Below are positions 28,063-37,062 of a stretch of 64,000 nt of DNA, one piece after another (position 1 is the first letter of the stretch; every line of letters begins with the position of its first letter). Under the pieces are notes generated by a model. It worked only from the letters and a program-made list of their open reading frames with translations. It was not told where the DNA came from and did no database searches. Position numbers and translations under genes: made by a program. Source of the stretch: Minisyncoccota bacterium. GTDB lineage: Bacteria; Patescibacteriota; Minisyncoccia; Phycocordibacterales; VMEP01. Where the stretch lies: the NCBI GenBank assembly GCA_041661305.1, contig JBAZUR010000001.1, positions 99,833 to 163,832 of the forward strand, given 5' to 3'.

Positions 28063-28803
28063 ATGGAAAGAATGGAAGACGGAATTATAGAAGAAAGCCT
28101 AGAGCGGGAGCTAAAGAAGGAAGCCCTCGCCATTTATGCTGAAATCATGAAGAAACCGGAAGTTTCTGAAGCTTTTGCTATTCTTGATCGACTACCTGCC
28201 GAGAAACTTCGTTATCACAATAGGGCTCATACCGAAGATGTTGTGATGGAGACAATATTATTTGCGCTTGCTGACGGAGCTGACAAAGAGACAATAGAAC
28301 AACAAGCGATTTCTGCCGCATGGCATGATGTTGGTTTTGTTGAGCAATATCAAAAAAATGAGCCAAATGCAGTCAGGTTGTTTGAACAAAGTGAAGCATA
28401 CAAAACGCTGTCAGAAGAAGCCCGAGCAGAAATAATTGCAAATATTTTAGATACACAAGTTCAAGTTGATAAGGACGGAAAGCCTTCCTTGGTTCATGAT
28501 AGAAGTAATAATTTTTATATTTTGGATGCGGATGTTAGCAATTTCGGGAGAAAAGATTTTTTTGAAAAGAGAATGATGATAGCAGAGGAGCTTAAAATCG
28601 ATTTGTCCAATCTGGCTGCGAGAAAAGGGTTTTATGGATTTGCTTTGAATCTTTTGAAAAATCACGATTGGGAAACAAATGGAGCAAGAATGCTACGACA
28701 ATCACAGAAGGAAAAAAATATAATACAAGCGGAGGAAGAATACGCTGATCTTTTGGCTCAAGAAGAAAAGGAAGAGAAAAAAGAGGAAGAGCTGATGTAT
28801 TAG
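28063..28803 (+). CDS. HD-domain protein, hypothetical
   Basis: YHNRAHTEDV...AAWHDVG. Confidence 0.5.
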   Translation: MERMEDGIIEESLERELKKEALAIYAEIMKKPEVSEAFAILDRLPAEKLRYHNRAHTEDVVMETILFALADGADKETIEQQAISAAWHDVGFVEQYQKNEPNAVRLFEQSEAYKTLSEEARAEIIANILDTQVQVDKDGKPSLVHDRSNNFYILDADVSNFGRKDFFEKRMMIAEELKIDLSNLAARKGFYGFALNLLKNHDWETNGARMLRQSQKEKNIIQAEEEYADLLAQEEKEEKKEEELMY

Positions 28804-28831
28804 TTGACACCTATTTTAAGTCGTGTAATAT
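28804..28831 (+). promoter_or_regulatory. Near-consensus sigma-70 promoter TTGACA-N16-TAATAT driving cassette E
   Basis: TTGACA at 28804-28809, TAATAT at 28826-28831. Confidence 0.6.
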
Positions 28832-28943
28832 AGCCCAATCGACCTTTTTGGGGTCGATTTCATTTGTCCCACGTGGTTCAAGTGGATGCTCTTTAAAACC
28901 GTTTCTCGTTCAAAAACCCATAAATCTTTTGGAGATTCATCCC

Positions 28944-29279
28944 ATGACTCAGCAATTCAACCAATCGAAACGCAAAGGCCCCTTTGTTCCCAGCAAGATT
29001 TCCGTCATCCTCGCTGGAACGAACATCGTCGGCATGATCGACCGCTCGGCTCTGGCCAAGGACGGCTGGAAGAAGCATTCGGGGAAGGCCCCCGTCGCCG
29101 GCGTGGAAGTGCATTCGCTGGAAAGCCAGAAGATCGACGGTACCGATTCGATCGCGATCAAGGGCAAGGGCGGCTTCATGACGGCAACGAATGGCGAACT
29201 CGAGTGCTTCTGCGCCGACCACCTGACCGGCCTCGGCTACGAAATCATGCCGCCGGGTGGCACCAAGGCCTCGACCTGA
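28944..29279 (+). CDS. Hypothetical protein, GC-rich cassette E (111 aa)
   Basis: GGAGA SD 9 nt upstream of ATG; GC about 58%; no family recognised. Confidence 0.45.
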   Translation: MTQQFNQSKRKGPFVPSKISVILAGTNIVGMIDRSALAKDGWKKHSGKAPVAGVEVHSLESQKIDGTDSIAIKGKGGFMTATNGELECFCADHLTGLGYEIMPPGGTKAST

Positions 29280-29299
29280 ACGACAACGGCAACAACAAC

Positions 29300-29356
29300 C
29301 GCCGATAGTAATATCGGCACCATACAAGGGCGTCTCCTCCGGGAGCGCCTTTTTTC
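29300..29356 (+). terminator. Two hairpins (GCCGATA..TATCGGC, then GGCGTCTCC..GGAGCGCC + T6) after cassette E
   Basis: Second hairpin followed by TTTTTTC. Confidence 0.65.
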
Positions 29357-29421
29357 TTTTCAATATATAATGAGTTGACAGGTTTTTGGATTACAAACTT
29401 ATTTTTAAATAAACAAAATAT

Positions 29422-30384
29422 ATGAAATTTATTTTTAAAGAAATACTAGTGCTCATTTTTGTGGTAGCGCTTTTGTTTGTCGGCATGAATTTTTTGCCAC
29501 CGCCACATAATTTTGTTCCTAAAAATAACGAAGAGGGAAAAATAAAATTGGCACAAAGCTATCTTGATGCCACATATGTTTTAGATGGAAGAGAAGTTAA
29601 ATTGACGGATGGTGTTTCAGAGATTGAGGTTGCGCCTGGTTCAGCTTCAAAAATAATTACTCGCTATTTTGGAAATGAGGTTAAGCACGACCTTGATGAT
29701 GACGGCCGAGAAGATATAGCTTTTCTTTTAACCCAAGAGACAGGGGGAAGCGGAACCTTTTTTTATGTTGTCGCAGCCTTAAATACTCCGTCTGGGTACA
29801 TAGGCTCAGATGCTGTTTTATTGGGTGACCGCATTGCTCCGCAGACGACTCATATGGAGGAAGAAGAAATAGACGGAGGTACGAGAAGACAGAACGTTAT
29901 TGTTGTTAATTATGCCGTTCGTCTCCCTGGGGAACCCATGACGGCACGACCATCCATGGGAAAAAGTATCTGGTTGAAGCTTGATCCAAAGACAATGCAA
30001 TTCGGAGAAGTTGCTCAAAATTTTGAAGGCGAAGCAGATTCCGCCCGTATGACTCTTGGTATGAAAAAATGGAATTGGGTTTCAACCTCGTACAACAATG
30101 ACCAGACGATAGTTCCCAAAAAAGAAAATATTTTTAGCCTAACCCTCAAAAGCGATGGTAGTTTTTCTGCAACAACAGATTGTAATGGTGTCGGCGGAAA
30201 TTACGAGGTTGATGGAAGTCAGATTACGTTCAGTAAAATGATATCAACCATGATGTACTGTGACGGTTCTCAAGAAAGCGAATTTTTGAAAATGTTAAGG
30301 GATACTCAGAGTTATCACTTTACTTCAAAAGGGGAGTTAGTTTTTTCTCTAAAGTTTGATAGCGGTTCCTTTGTTTTTAGATAG
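29422..30384 (+). CDS. Membrane-anchored protein with C-terminal META/HslJ-like domain (DUF306)
   Basis: N-terminal TM; C-terminus TDCNGVGGNYEVDGSQITFSKMISTMMYCDG. Confidence 0.6.
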   Translation: MKFIFKEILVLIFVVALLFVGMNFLPPPHNFVPKNNEEGKIKLAQSYLDATYVLDGREVKLTDGVSEIEVAPGSASKIITRYFGNEVKHDLDDDGREDIAFLLTQETGGSGTFFYVVAALNTPSGYIGSDAVLLGDRIAPQTTHMEEEEIDGGTRRQNVIVVNYAVRLPGEPMTARPSMGKSIWLKLDPKTMQFGEVAQNFEGEADSARMTLGMKKWNWVSTSYNNDQTIVPKKENIFSLTLKSDGSFSATTDCNGVGGNYEVDGSQITFSKMISTMMYCDGSQESEFLKMLRDTQSYHFTSKGELVFSLKFDSGSFVFR

Positions 30385-30501
30385 GCCATATTTGATGGTT
30401 GGTTTGACATACGTTGTTTTTATTGTAGGGTGTAGGGGGTAGTTTTAACGTCGCGTCACTTTATTGTGTCGCTCGATGCACCTTACACGAGGAGGCGAAA
30501 G

Positions 30502-31047
30502 ATGAAGAAGAATAGAAGCGAAATTCTTGCGGGTGCCCGCGAGGCCTTCTTCTATGCGATGTTGCATGGTTGGGTGGCGGGCGGGGACCACAAGAAAGTG
30601 GTCAGAGTTCCTGGAAGTTTTGACAGCAAGGAGGTCTCTTATAGCGCCGGGCTTTTGTACAAAAGGAAGTGGTTTCTTGTTGTTGATCGCTACTGCGTTT
30701 CGGGCGCGGGAAAGTCTGCTGGCACAACAACAATTTGGCTCAGTCACGACCCGGTTTGGTTCATGAGCTACGGCGGTGCTTATCTGAAGGAGGACATCCC
30801 TTTCCTAAAGAATGCCCTTACTCGCGTTTATTCTGAGAAGCAGTTTTTCGGAGGACGTGGGCCGACGAGCCTTGCTATCCCGGCACATCACGTCAACGGT
30901 GGTGTTCTGGTTTACGCGAATGAAGTTGAGAAGGATAGCACCTTCGAAAAATTTCGCGGAAAAGAAGCAATCATCGGCCCATCGAAGGACGGCGGTTCTC
31001 CAGAATTTCGTGGTCACCACGATTACTGGGGGATGTCGCTGATTTGA
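30502..31047 (+). CDS. Hypothetical protein, GC-rich cassette F (181 aa)
   Basis: GAGGAGG SD 6 nt upstream of ATG; TTGACA at 30404; GC about 55%; no family recognised. Confidence 0.45.
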   Translation: MKKNRSEILAGAREAFFYAMLHGWVAGGDHKKVVRVPGSFDSKEVSYSAGLLYKRKWFLVVDRYCVSGAGKSAGTTTIWLSHDPVWFMSYGGAYLKEDIPFLKNALTRVYSEKQFFGGRGPTSLAIPAHHVNGGVLVYANEVEKDSTFEKFRGKEAIIGPSKDGGSPEFRGHHDYWGMSLI

Positions 31048-31083
31048 TGGCGCTATCGTACCTTAGTTTTGTTTTACTCAATT

Positions 31084-31113
31084 GCGTCCCGATAACCTCG
31101 GGACGCTTTTTTT
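31084..31113 (+). terminator. Intrinsic terminator GCGTCCCGA-loop-TCGGGACGC + T7
   Basis: Perfect 9 bp stem followed by TTTTTTT. Confidence 0.8.
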
Positions 31114-31149
31114 GTGGTTGCGACGGAGAGGATAGGGTAATATGTATGG

Positions 31150-31545
31150 ATGGAAAACTATACGAATTACCAAGAATTGATTAAGCCAACATGGAGTCCG
31201 CCAGCTTGGATATTTGGACCGGTTTGGAGTGTGCTCTATCTTTTGATAGCAGTGTCTTTTGGAAAAGTATTTTTGATGCTGTGGCAGAAGCAAATCTCGT
31301 GGCTAGTTGCCTTACCATTTGCACTCAATTTAATTTTTAACCTTTCTTTTACGTGGATTCAGTTTGGTTTGAAAAATAATTATCTTGCTTCGGTTGATAT
31401 TCTCCTTGTTCTTGCAACACTCATTTGGGCGCTGGTTTCTATTTATCCACATATGAAATGGGTGGCTCTCGTGAACATCCCTTATCTGCTCTGGGTCTCT
31501 TTTGCTACAGTCCTTCAGTTAACCATAACTTTTTTGAATAAATAG
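31150..31545 (+). CDS. tspO: TspO/MBR family tryptophan-rich sensory protein
   Basis: PPAWIFGPVWSVLYLLIAVS signature; 5 TM. Confidence 0.8.
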   Translation: MENYTNYQELIKPTWSPPAWIFGPVWSVLYLLIAVSFGKVFLMLWQKQISWLVALPFALNLIFNLSFTWIQFGLKNNYLASVDILLVLATLIWALVSIYPHMKWVALVNIPYLLWVSFATVLQLTITFLNK

Positions 31546-31550
31546 ACTTT

Positions 31551-32057
31551 ATGACAATGATAATGATTGCGATAGTTTTTACGGCTTTAGTGGTCGCTAT
31601 TGTAATTGCGGTTGAAACATTTACAACAGTTGAATCTTCGGACAAAAATGGGAAACCCGTTTTTAATTACGGTCGCAAAGATTTTTTGATGACTCGGGCT
31701 GAGCACGCTTTTTTCGATGTTTTAATTGAGGTTATAGGTGGTCAATATCACGTATTTCCTCAAGTGCATTTGGATGAAATAATTTACCCAAAACCATATT
31801 CTGGGAAAAGAATTTTCCCATTTCGACACGTCAATCAAAAATCAGTTGATTTCGTAATTTGCGATAAGGCAGACATAAAACCACTTCTTGCCATTGAGCT
31901 AGATGATAGAACTCATGAGCTAGAGAATAGAAAGAAAAGAGACGAAGAAGTTGAGAGGATTTTAAGCGGGGCAGGATTTCCTCTTTTGCGAATTAGTAAC
32001 GGTGGTCATTTTGATAAAGAAGAAATAAAAAGACTTGTTTTAGAAAAATTAAGATAA
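31551..32057 (+). CDS. DUF2726 domain protein (restriction-endonuclease-like fold), N-terminal TM
   Basis: FFDVL...VDFVICD...LAIELDDRTHE pattern. Confidence 0.5.
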   Translation: MTMIMIAIVFTALVVAIVIAVETFTTVESSDKNGKPVFNYGRKDFLMTRAEHAFFDVLIEVIGGQYHVFPQVHLDEIIYPKPYSGKRIFPFRHVNQKSVDFVICDKADIKPLLAIELDDRTHELENRKKRDEEVERILSGAGFPLLRISNGGHFDKEEIKRLVLEKLR

Positions 32058-32278
32058 TGGAAAATGAAGACGAAATAGAATTAGGTTTATACGAACACTA
32101 CAAAGGTGGTTTATATGAAGTAGTTGGGGTGGTGAACCACAGCGAAACGCTTGAAAAAATGGTTCTCTATAAACATTTAGACAATGGAGAATTGTGGGTG
32201 CGGCCGCTTCTGATGTTTAAGGAGTTTGTAGAAAAGGATGGGGTCAAGATTCCACGATTTAAAAAAGTAGAAAATTAG
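32057..32278 (+). CDS. DUF1653 family protein
   Basis: LYEHYKGGLYEV signature; start overlaps previous stop. Confidence 0.6.
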   Translation: MENEDEIELGLYEHYKGGLYEVVGVVNHSETLEKMVLYKHLDNGELWVRPLLMFKEFVEKDGVKIPRFKKVEN

Positions 32279-32341
32279 CACCAGACAAGCAAATAAAAAA
32301 CCCCGATTTATGTCGGAGTTTTTTATTCCTGTTGATATTTT

Positions 32342-32977
32342 TTATTTTACAAATTCAACAACTTCGTCGAATGAGCGACGTGTTTTTGGAAGATCTGCAA
32401 ACTCATCATCTCCACGATATCCTAGTGCGAGCATCGTCACTGTTGCTAGGTTTTTCTCTTTTAGTCCGAGAATCTCATCTATTTCTGCGCCGGAGAAGCC
32501 TTCCATTGGCCCAGCGTCTATACCTAAGAGGGCAGAAGTTTCCATCATCATACCAAGAGGGATATAAGTTTGAGCTTGTGCCCAAGCATCAACTGCGTCT
32601 CCTGCCTTATGTGAGATGGCACCAGCCACCATATCTTCAAGACCCTTTAGTTCGGAGATATCTTTACCTTGAGTTTTTGCTGTTCGCTCGACTAGTTCGC
32701 GAGTAATATTTTCGCGAACATCAGTACGACGGGCGATTACTATCAAATGAGAAGCATCAGTCACTTTTGTTTGATCGTAACTAACTGCTCTAATTTTTGC
32801 GCGAATTTCAGGGTTTGAAACCACAATGAACTTCCAGGCCTCAATACCAAATGAACTCGGTGCCATATGAGCACTCTCAAGGATTGTATTTAAATCTGAA
32901 TCCGTTACTTTTTTAGCTGGGTCAAATGTTTTAACTGCATAACGCCAAGAAAGCGCCTTTTTGATTTGTTCTTGCAT
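32342..32977 (-). CDS. Oxygen-insensitive NAD(P)H nitroreductase (NfsB/NfnB family)
   Basis: SWRYAVKTFDP... and nitroreductase fold motifs; 211 aa. Confidence 0.8.
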   Translation of the reverse strand: MQEQIKKALSWRYAVKTFDPAKKVTDSDLNTILESAHMAPSSFGIEAWKFIVVSNPEIRAKIRAVSYDQTKVTDASHLIVIARRTDVRENITRELVERTAKTQGKDISELKGLEDMVAGAISHKAGDAVDAWAQAQTYIPLGMMMETSALLGIDAGPMEGFSGAEIDEILGLKEKNLATVTMLALGYRGDDEFADLPKTRRSFDEVVEFVK

Positions 32978-33057
32978 AATTTATTTTATGTCGTACAATA
33001 TGTTTATTACTAATGTTTCTATAGTACTATAAAAACTATAGTATTCTATTTAAATCA

Positions 33058-33405
33058 ATGAGTCAAGCAATTTCCAAAAAAGGCGACAAAAAAACAAAAA
33101 GTAATCCTGTTTGTGGGAAGGTTTTAGCTACTGGTCTTAAAATCTTTGGTGATACATGGACACTTTTTATTGTGAACTCTCTTTCTACTGGTGAAAAACG
33201 TTTTTGTGAACTTCAGCGCGAGGTTGGTGATTTGAATCCAGTCACTCTGACTAGTCGCTTAAAAAAACTTCAAAGCGAGGGTTTTGTGGATAGAAAAATG
33301 GAGTCAATTGATAAACTTTCGGTTTCTTATGTATTGACCAAAAAAGGCCGTGGAATGTTGCCAGTTCTTCGAAAAATCGAATCTTTTGCTAAGCAATACA
33401 TCTAA
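33058..33405 (+). CDS. HxlR-family winged-helix transcriptional regulator
   Basis: CPV/CGKVLATGLKIFGDTWTLFIVNSL...RFCELQR; divergent from the nitroreductase gene. Confidence 0.75.
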   Translation: MSQAISKKGDKKTKSNPVCGKVLATGLKIFGDTWTLFIVNSLSTGEKRFCELQREVGDLNPVTLTSRLKKLQSEGFVDRKMESIDKLSVSYVLTKKGRGMLPVLRKIESFAKQYI

Positions 33406-33494
33406 ACTATCGATTTTATAGGCCGTTTGGTTAATACCACTGGTTTGCCTTGGTTGTCTTTGTGCTTTATGGAACCGTGCTAAACTTTAATTAA

Positions 33495-34148
33495 ATGGAG
33501 AAAAAATTATCAGTTCTCGTTGTCTTTTTTGGCCTCATCGTTATTTTCTGTGCTGCGCTTTTATTTCAGTCTCAGTTTATCAATATTGAGAATCTGGTTA
33601 ATCTTTATATTATCGAGAGTGGAACGACCGGAGTTTTGATTTTTATTTTGTTTGCGGCTTTCTCAACGGTAATATCAATGTTCTCAAGTCTTCCCGCTGT
33701 TCCATTTGCTGTTTTGGCTTGGGGGAAGACACTCACATTTGTTTTTCTCATCACTGGTTGGGTTATTGGTTCGCTGGTTTCTTATGTGTTGGGGAGATAT
33801 GGACTTTACACGATCTTCAAAAGAAGTGTTTTTCTTAAAAAAGTTGTAGCTTATCAGCAAAAACTTTCTGAAAATTCAGAATTTATTCTCGTGGTTCTTT
33901 TTCGATTAGCCTTACCTTCTGAAATAACAGGGCTTGTTTTGGGTGGTTTGCGTTACAACTTTACTAAATATTTATTGGCAACGTTTATTTCTGAGATACC
34001 ATTCGCTATTGTTGCGGTCTATGCAAGTGGGGCACTTATCTTCAGTGATATTAAAGGTCTTTTGTTGTGGGTTGCCTTGGGGGGTGTTGGTTTTTTCATT
34101 GTTGCAAAGATTTTCACAAAAAGGATTAAATTAGACTGGGAAAAATAG
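33495..34148 (+). CDS. DedA/TVP38-like integral membrane protein
   Basis: Multi-TM protein with GWVIGSLVSYVLGRYG glycine-rich motif. Confidence 0.45.
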   Translation: MEKKLSVLVVFFGLIVIFCAALLFQSQFINIENLVNLYIIESGTTGVLIFILFAAFSTVISMFSSLPAVPFAVLAWGKTLTFVFLITGWVIGSLVSYVLGRYGLYTIFKRSVFLKKVVAYQQKLSENSEFILVVLFRLALPSEITGLVLGGLRYNFTKYLLATFISEIPFAIVAVYASGALIFSDIKGLLLWVALGGVGFFIVAKIFTKRIKLDWEK

Positions 34149-34200
34149 GACACTGTCGTGCGGTCATTATTTGGCTAGCGTTATGATATATAATAATAAG

Positions 34201-34887
34201 ATGAAAAAAGTAGCCATTTTTGATATAGACGGGACGATTTTTCGCTCAAGTCTTTTGATTGAATTGATGGACGTCCTTATTGAGCGCGGAAACATAGATG
34301 AGTCTGCGCGTAAAGAATATGAGAGAGAACATAAACACTGGCTTATGCGTAAGGGTGACTACGAATCATATATCGGGGCGGTAGTGAAATCATTTATCGG
34401 GCACATTAAAGGAGTTCATTATGCTGATTTTGCTGAGGCATCAGAGACTGTCATAGAAAGATATCAAAATCATACATATCGCTATACTAGAGATTTGGTT
34501 ACTCAGCTGAAAAAAGAGAAGTATTTTCTTTTGGCGATTACTCATTCTCCAAAAGGAATTGCCGAAAAATTTTGTAAAGGGTTGGGCTTCGATAAGGTTT
34601 ACGGAAGTCTTTTGGAAATTGGCCCAACAGACCGATTCACGGGAAAGCCTATCGAAGAACACCTCATAATGAATAAGGCCAATATAGTGAAGAGGGCGGT
34701 AGAAAAAGAAGATTTGACACTTGAGGGCTCAATCGGGGTTGGGGACACAGAAAGTGACATTCCGCTTTTGGAAATGGTGACAAATCCGATTTGTTTTAAT
34801 CCCAATATGAAACTATATAAACATGCTAAGAGAAATAAATGGAAAATAGTGGTGGAGCGAAAAGATGTAATTTATGAGATGAATTAG
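34201..34887 (+). CDS. HAD-superfamily hydrolase (subfamily IB-like)
   Basis: Motif I IFDIDGTI, motif IV GDTESDIPLL. Confidence 0.7.
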   Translation: MKKVAIFDIDGTIFRSSLLIELMDVLIERGNIDESARKEYEREHKHWLMRKGDYESYIGAVVKSFIGHIKGVHYADFAEASETVIERYQNHTYRYTRDLVTQLKKEKYFLLAITHSPKGIAEKFCKGLGFDKVYGSLLEIGPTDRFTGKPIEEHLIMNKANIVKRAVEKEDLTLEGSIGVGDTESDIPLLEMVTNPICFNPNMKLYKHAKRNKWKIVVERKDVIYEMN

Positions 34888-34948
34888 TATAAAAAATACA
34901 ATAATAAATTTGATTTGGTATAATTAAATTATTAGAAGCTAACAAATA

Positions 34949-35011
34949 TTTAAATTTTATGGCAAAAGGAAATGATCGTCCTCGTAAAGAGACAAAGAAA
35001 CCAAAAAAGAA
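34949..35011 (+). CDS. Tiny Lys-rich peptide (20 aa) micro-ORF
   Basis: TGGTATAAT -10 upstream; followed by 14 bp perfect hairpin at 35032-35064. Confidence 0.25.
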
Positions 35012-35031
35012 TAAGAAGTAGTCATGCATTA

Positions 35032-35064
35032 GAAAATCCGTCTCATATAGAGACGGATTTTCTA
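35032..35064. terminator. Bidirectional hairpin AGAAAATCCGTCTC-atata-GAGACGGATTTTCT
   Basis: 14 bp perfect inverted repeat with A/T-rich flanks. Confidence 0.55.
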
Positions 35065-35168
35065 ATTATTGATTTTTCGTGGCTTTTATGTTATACATAT
35101 CCCTAAGCACAGGAGCAGAGTCGAGTTTCGTAGTAGCAATTTAAGTAGCAATAAATATAGAAATCAAT

Positions 35169-35366
35169 ATGCAAGGAACAATCAAAACTATCACAGATAG
35201 AGGATTTGGATTCATTTCCCGCGAAGGCGAGTCAAAGGATCTTTTCTTCCACTCTAAGGAGTTGAATGGTGTCACATTTGATGAACTAAAGGTTGGCGAT
35301 GTTGTCAGCTTTGAAGTTACTGACGGTGAAAAAGGCCCAGCAGCAACAAACGTATCACGCGCATAA
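35169..35366 (+). CDS. csp: Cold-shock protein (CspA family)
   Basis: GTIKTITDRGFGFI RNP1 motif, FFHSKEL RNP2-like. Confidence 0.9.
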   Translation: MQGTIKTITDRGFGFISREGESKDLFFHSKELNGVTFDELKVGDVVSFEVTDGEKGPAATNVSRA

Positions 35367-35383
35367 GCTGACGTTTAAGAAAA

Positions 35384-35418
35384 ACACCCTGGGCCAAAGC
35401 TCGGGGTGTTTTTCTTTT
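35384..35418 (+). terminator. Intrinsic terminator ACACCCTGGGCC..GCTCGGGGTGT + T-run
   Basis: Hairpin followed by TTTTTCTTTT. Confidence 0.7.
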
Positions 35419-35501
35419 AGATAAGACATCCGCACTCGGCAAATCTCTTCGTTGCAAACTCCGCTTTTTCCTCATCGTACCTTTCTGTACGACTCGGGCA
35501 A

Positions 35502-35576
35502 ATGCTCGTTTGCGCCTCGAGCTTTACTCAAGTGTGTATGTCCTATCTGGAGATAATATGGATTTTTGTGTGCTAA
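35502..35576 (+). other. 24-codon upstream ORF (MLVCASSFTQVCMSYLEIIWIFVC) ending 13 nt before the ABC-F start; candidate leader peptide
   Basis: ATG at 35502, TAA at 35574; lies in a 200 nt leader. Confidence 0.25.
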
Positions 35577-35589
35577 AGTAATATATCTT

Positions 35590-37053
35590 ATGGCAAAATC
35601 AGAGAGCATAATTTCATTTGAAAAAGTATCATTCGAGTACGGGGTTAATAAGCCTATTTTAGACGAGGCTGATTTTGTTATTCGTCGTGGAACAAAGATT
35701 ACTTTGATGGGTCAAAACGGTGCAGGTAAAAGTACAATTTTTCATCTTATTACAAAGGGTTTACATCCAGAATCTGGCAAAATAAATATTGTTAATAATC
35801 TTTCCATTGCTTTATCGCGACAGGTCATCCCACGTGAAGACTTGGATTTGACCGTGCGCGCATTTTTTGAAAAGTGTTTTACAGACAAGGTCTATGATAT
35901 TGACCCAAGAATCGATGATGTTCTTGAGGTTGTTAATTTGAAGGGGCATGAAAAACTACACGAGAGGATTGTAAAATCATTTTCTGGGGGACAACAGGCT
36001 AGGCTACTTCTCGCATCGGCTCTTATTCAGAACCCAGACTTACTGCTTCTTGATGAGCCAACAAACAATTTAGACAAAGAAGGAATTGAACATTTAACGA
36101 AATTTCTCATTGATTACAAAAAGACTGTAATTGTTATTTCTCACGATGCTGATTTCTTAAATTCATTCAGTCATGGGGTTTTATATCTAGACCTTCATAC
36201 TAGAAAGATTGAGCAATATGCAGGTAATTATTTTGACGTGGTTAAAGAGATTTCTGCGCGTATCGAAAAAGAAAATAGAAAAAATGCTCAACTAGCAAAA
36301 GAAATACAAGAGAACAAAGATAAATCAAACTTCTTTGCCCACAAAGGAGGGCAGATGCGTCTTGTTGCAAAAAGAATGAGAGAGAAAGCAGAGGAGCTTG
36401 AAGAGGAAATGGTTGATGTGAGAAAAGAAGACAGGACAATTAGGCAGTTTATTATCCCTGCTCAAGATGGAGTAGTCGGAGAGATTCTAAGCATAACTTC
36501 TTTTTCGGTAATTGGTAAAAATCATAAACCAGTTGAAAGAAAGGCAAAAATTTCTCTAAAGCGTGGGCAACACTTGTTGTTGAGAGGTCCGAATGGCATT
36601 GGAAAAAGCACCTTACTCGAGGCTCTCGCGAGCGGAAAAGCAAAAGGGGCAACAATAGCAGACGGTGTTCGTGTTGGTTATTATCGACAGGATTTTTCAA
36701 CGCTTAATTTTGACGACACTGTTTTTGAGTCTTTGATGGCAGTAATGGAAACAAGAGACGAAGACAAAATGAGAAGTGTTGCCGCTGGATTTCTCTTGAC
36801 CGGAGAAATTGTAAAAACAAAAATCGGTAGCTTGTCTGAAGGGCAGAAAGGACTTGTTGCTTTTGCTCAGCTCGTACTTCTGCGACCAGGATTACTTATT
36901 TTAGACGAACCGACAAACCACATAAATTTCCGACACATTCCAGTTATTGCGCAAGCTTTGGATAAGTATCTCGGCGCAATGATTATTGTTTCTCACGTTC
37001 CTGAATTTGTGGAACAAATTCGTATTGATGAAACTTTGGATTTAGAGAAGTAA
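35590..37053 (+). CDS. ABC-F family ATPase with two tandem ABC domains and no TMD
   Basis: Walker A GQNGAGKST and GPNGIGKST; signatures LSGGQQARL and LSEGQKGLV; inter-domain linker. Confidence 0.85.
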   Translation: MAKSESIISFEKVSFEYGVNKPILDEADFVIRRGTKITLMGQNGAGKSTIFHLITKGLHPESGKINIVNNLSIALSRQVIPREDLDLTVRAFFEKCFTDKVYDIDPRIDDVLEVVNLKGHEKLHERIVKSFSGGQQARLLLASALIQNPDLLLLDEPTNNLDKEGIEHLTKFLIDYKKTVIVISHDADFLNSFSHGVLYLDLHTRKIEQYAGNYFDVVKEISARIEKENRKNAQLAKEIQENKDKSNFFAHKGGQMRLVAKRMREKAEELEEEMVDVRKEDRTIRQFIIPAQDGVVGEILSITSFSVIGKNHKPVERKAKISLKRGQHLLLRGPNGIGKSTLLEALASGKAKGATIADGVRVGYYRQDFSTLNFDDTVFESLMAVMETRDEDKMRSVAAGFLLTGEIVKTKIGSLSEGQKGLVAFAQLVLLRPGLLILDEPTNHINFRHIPVIAQALDKYLGAMIIVSHVPEFVEQIRIDETLDLEK

Positions 37054-37062
37054 AATATATAC

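Noticed and set aside
31143-31150. Alternative start ATG at 31143 for tspO
   Set aside because: Reads MYGWKTIRITKN then stop; out of frame with TspO. The 31150 ATG gives the conserved TspO N-terminus.
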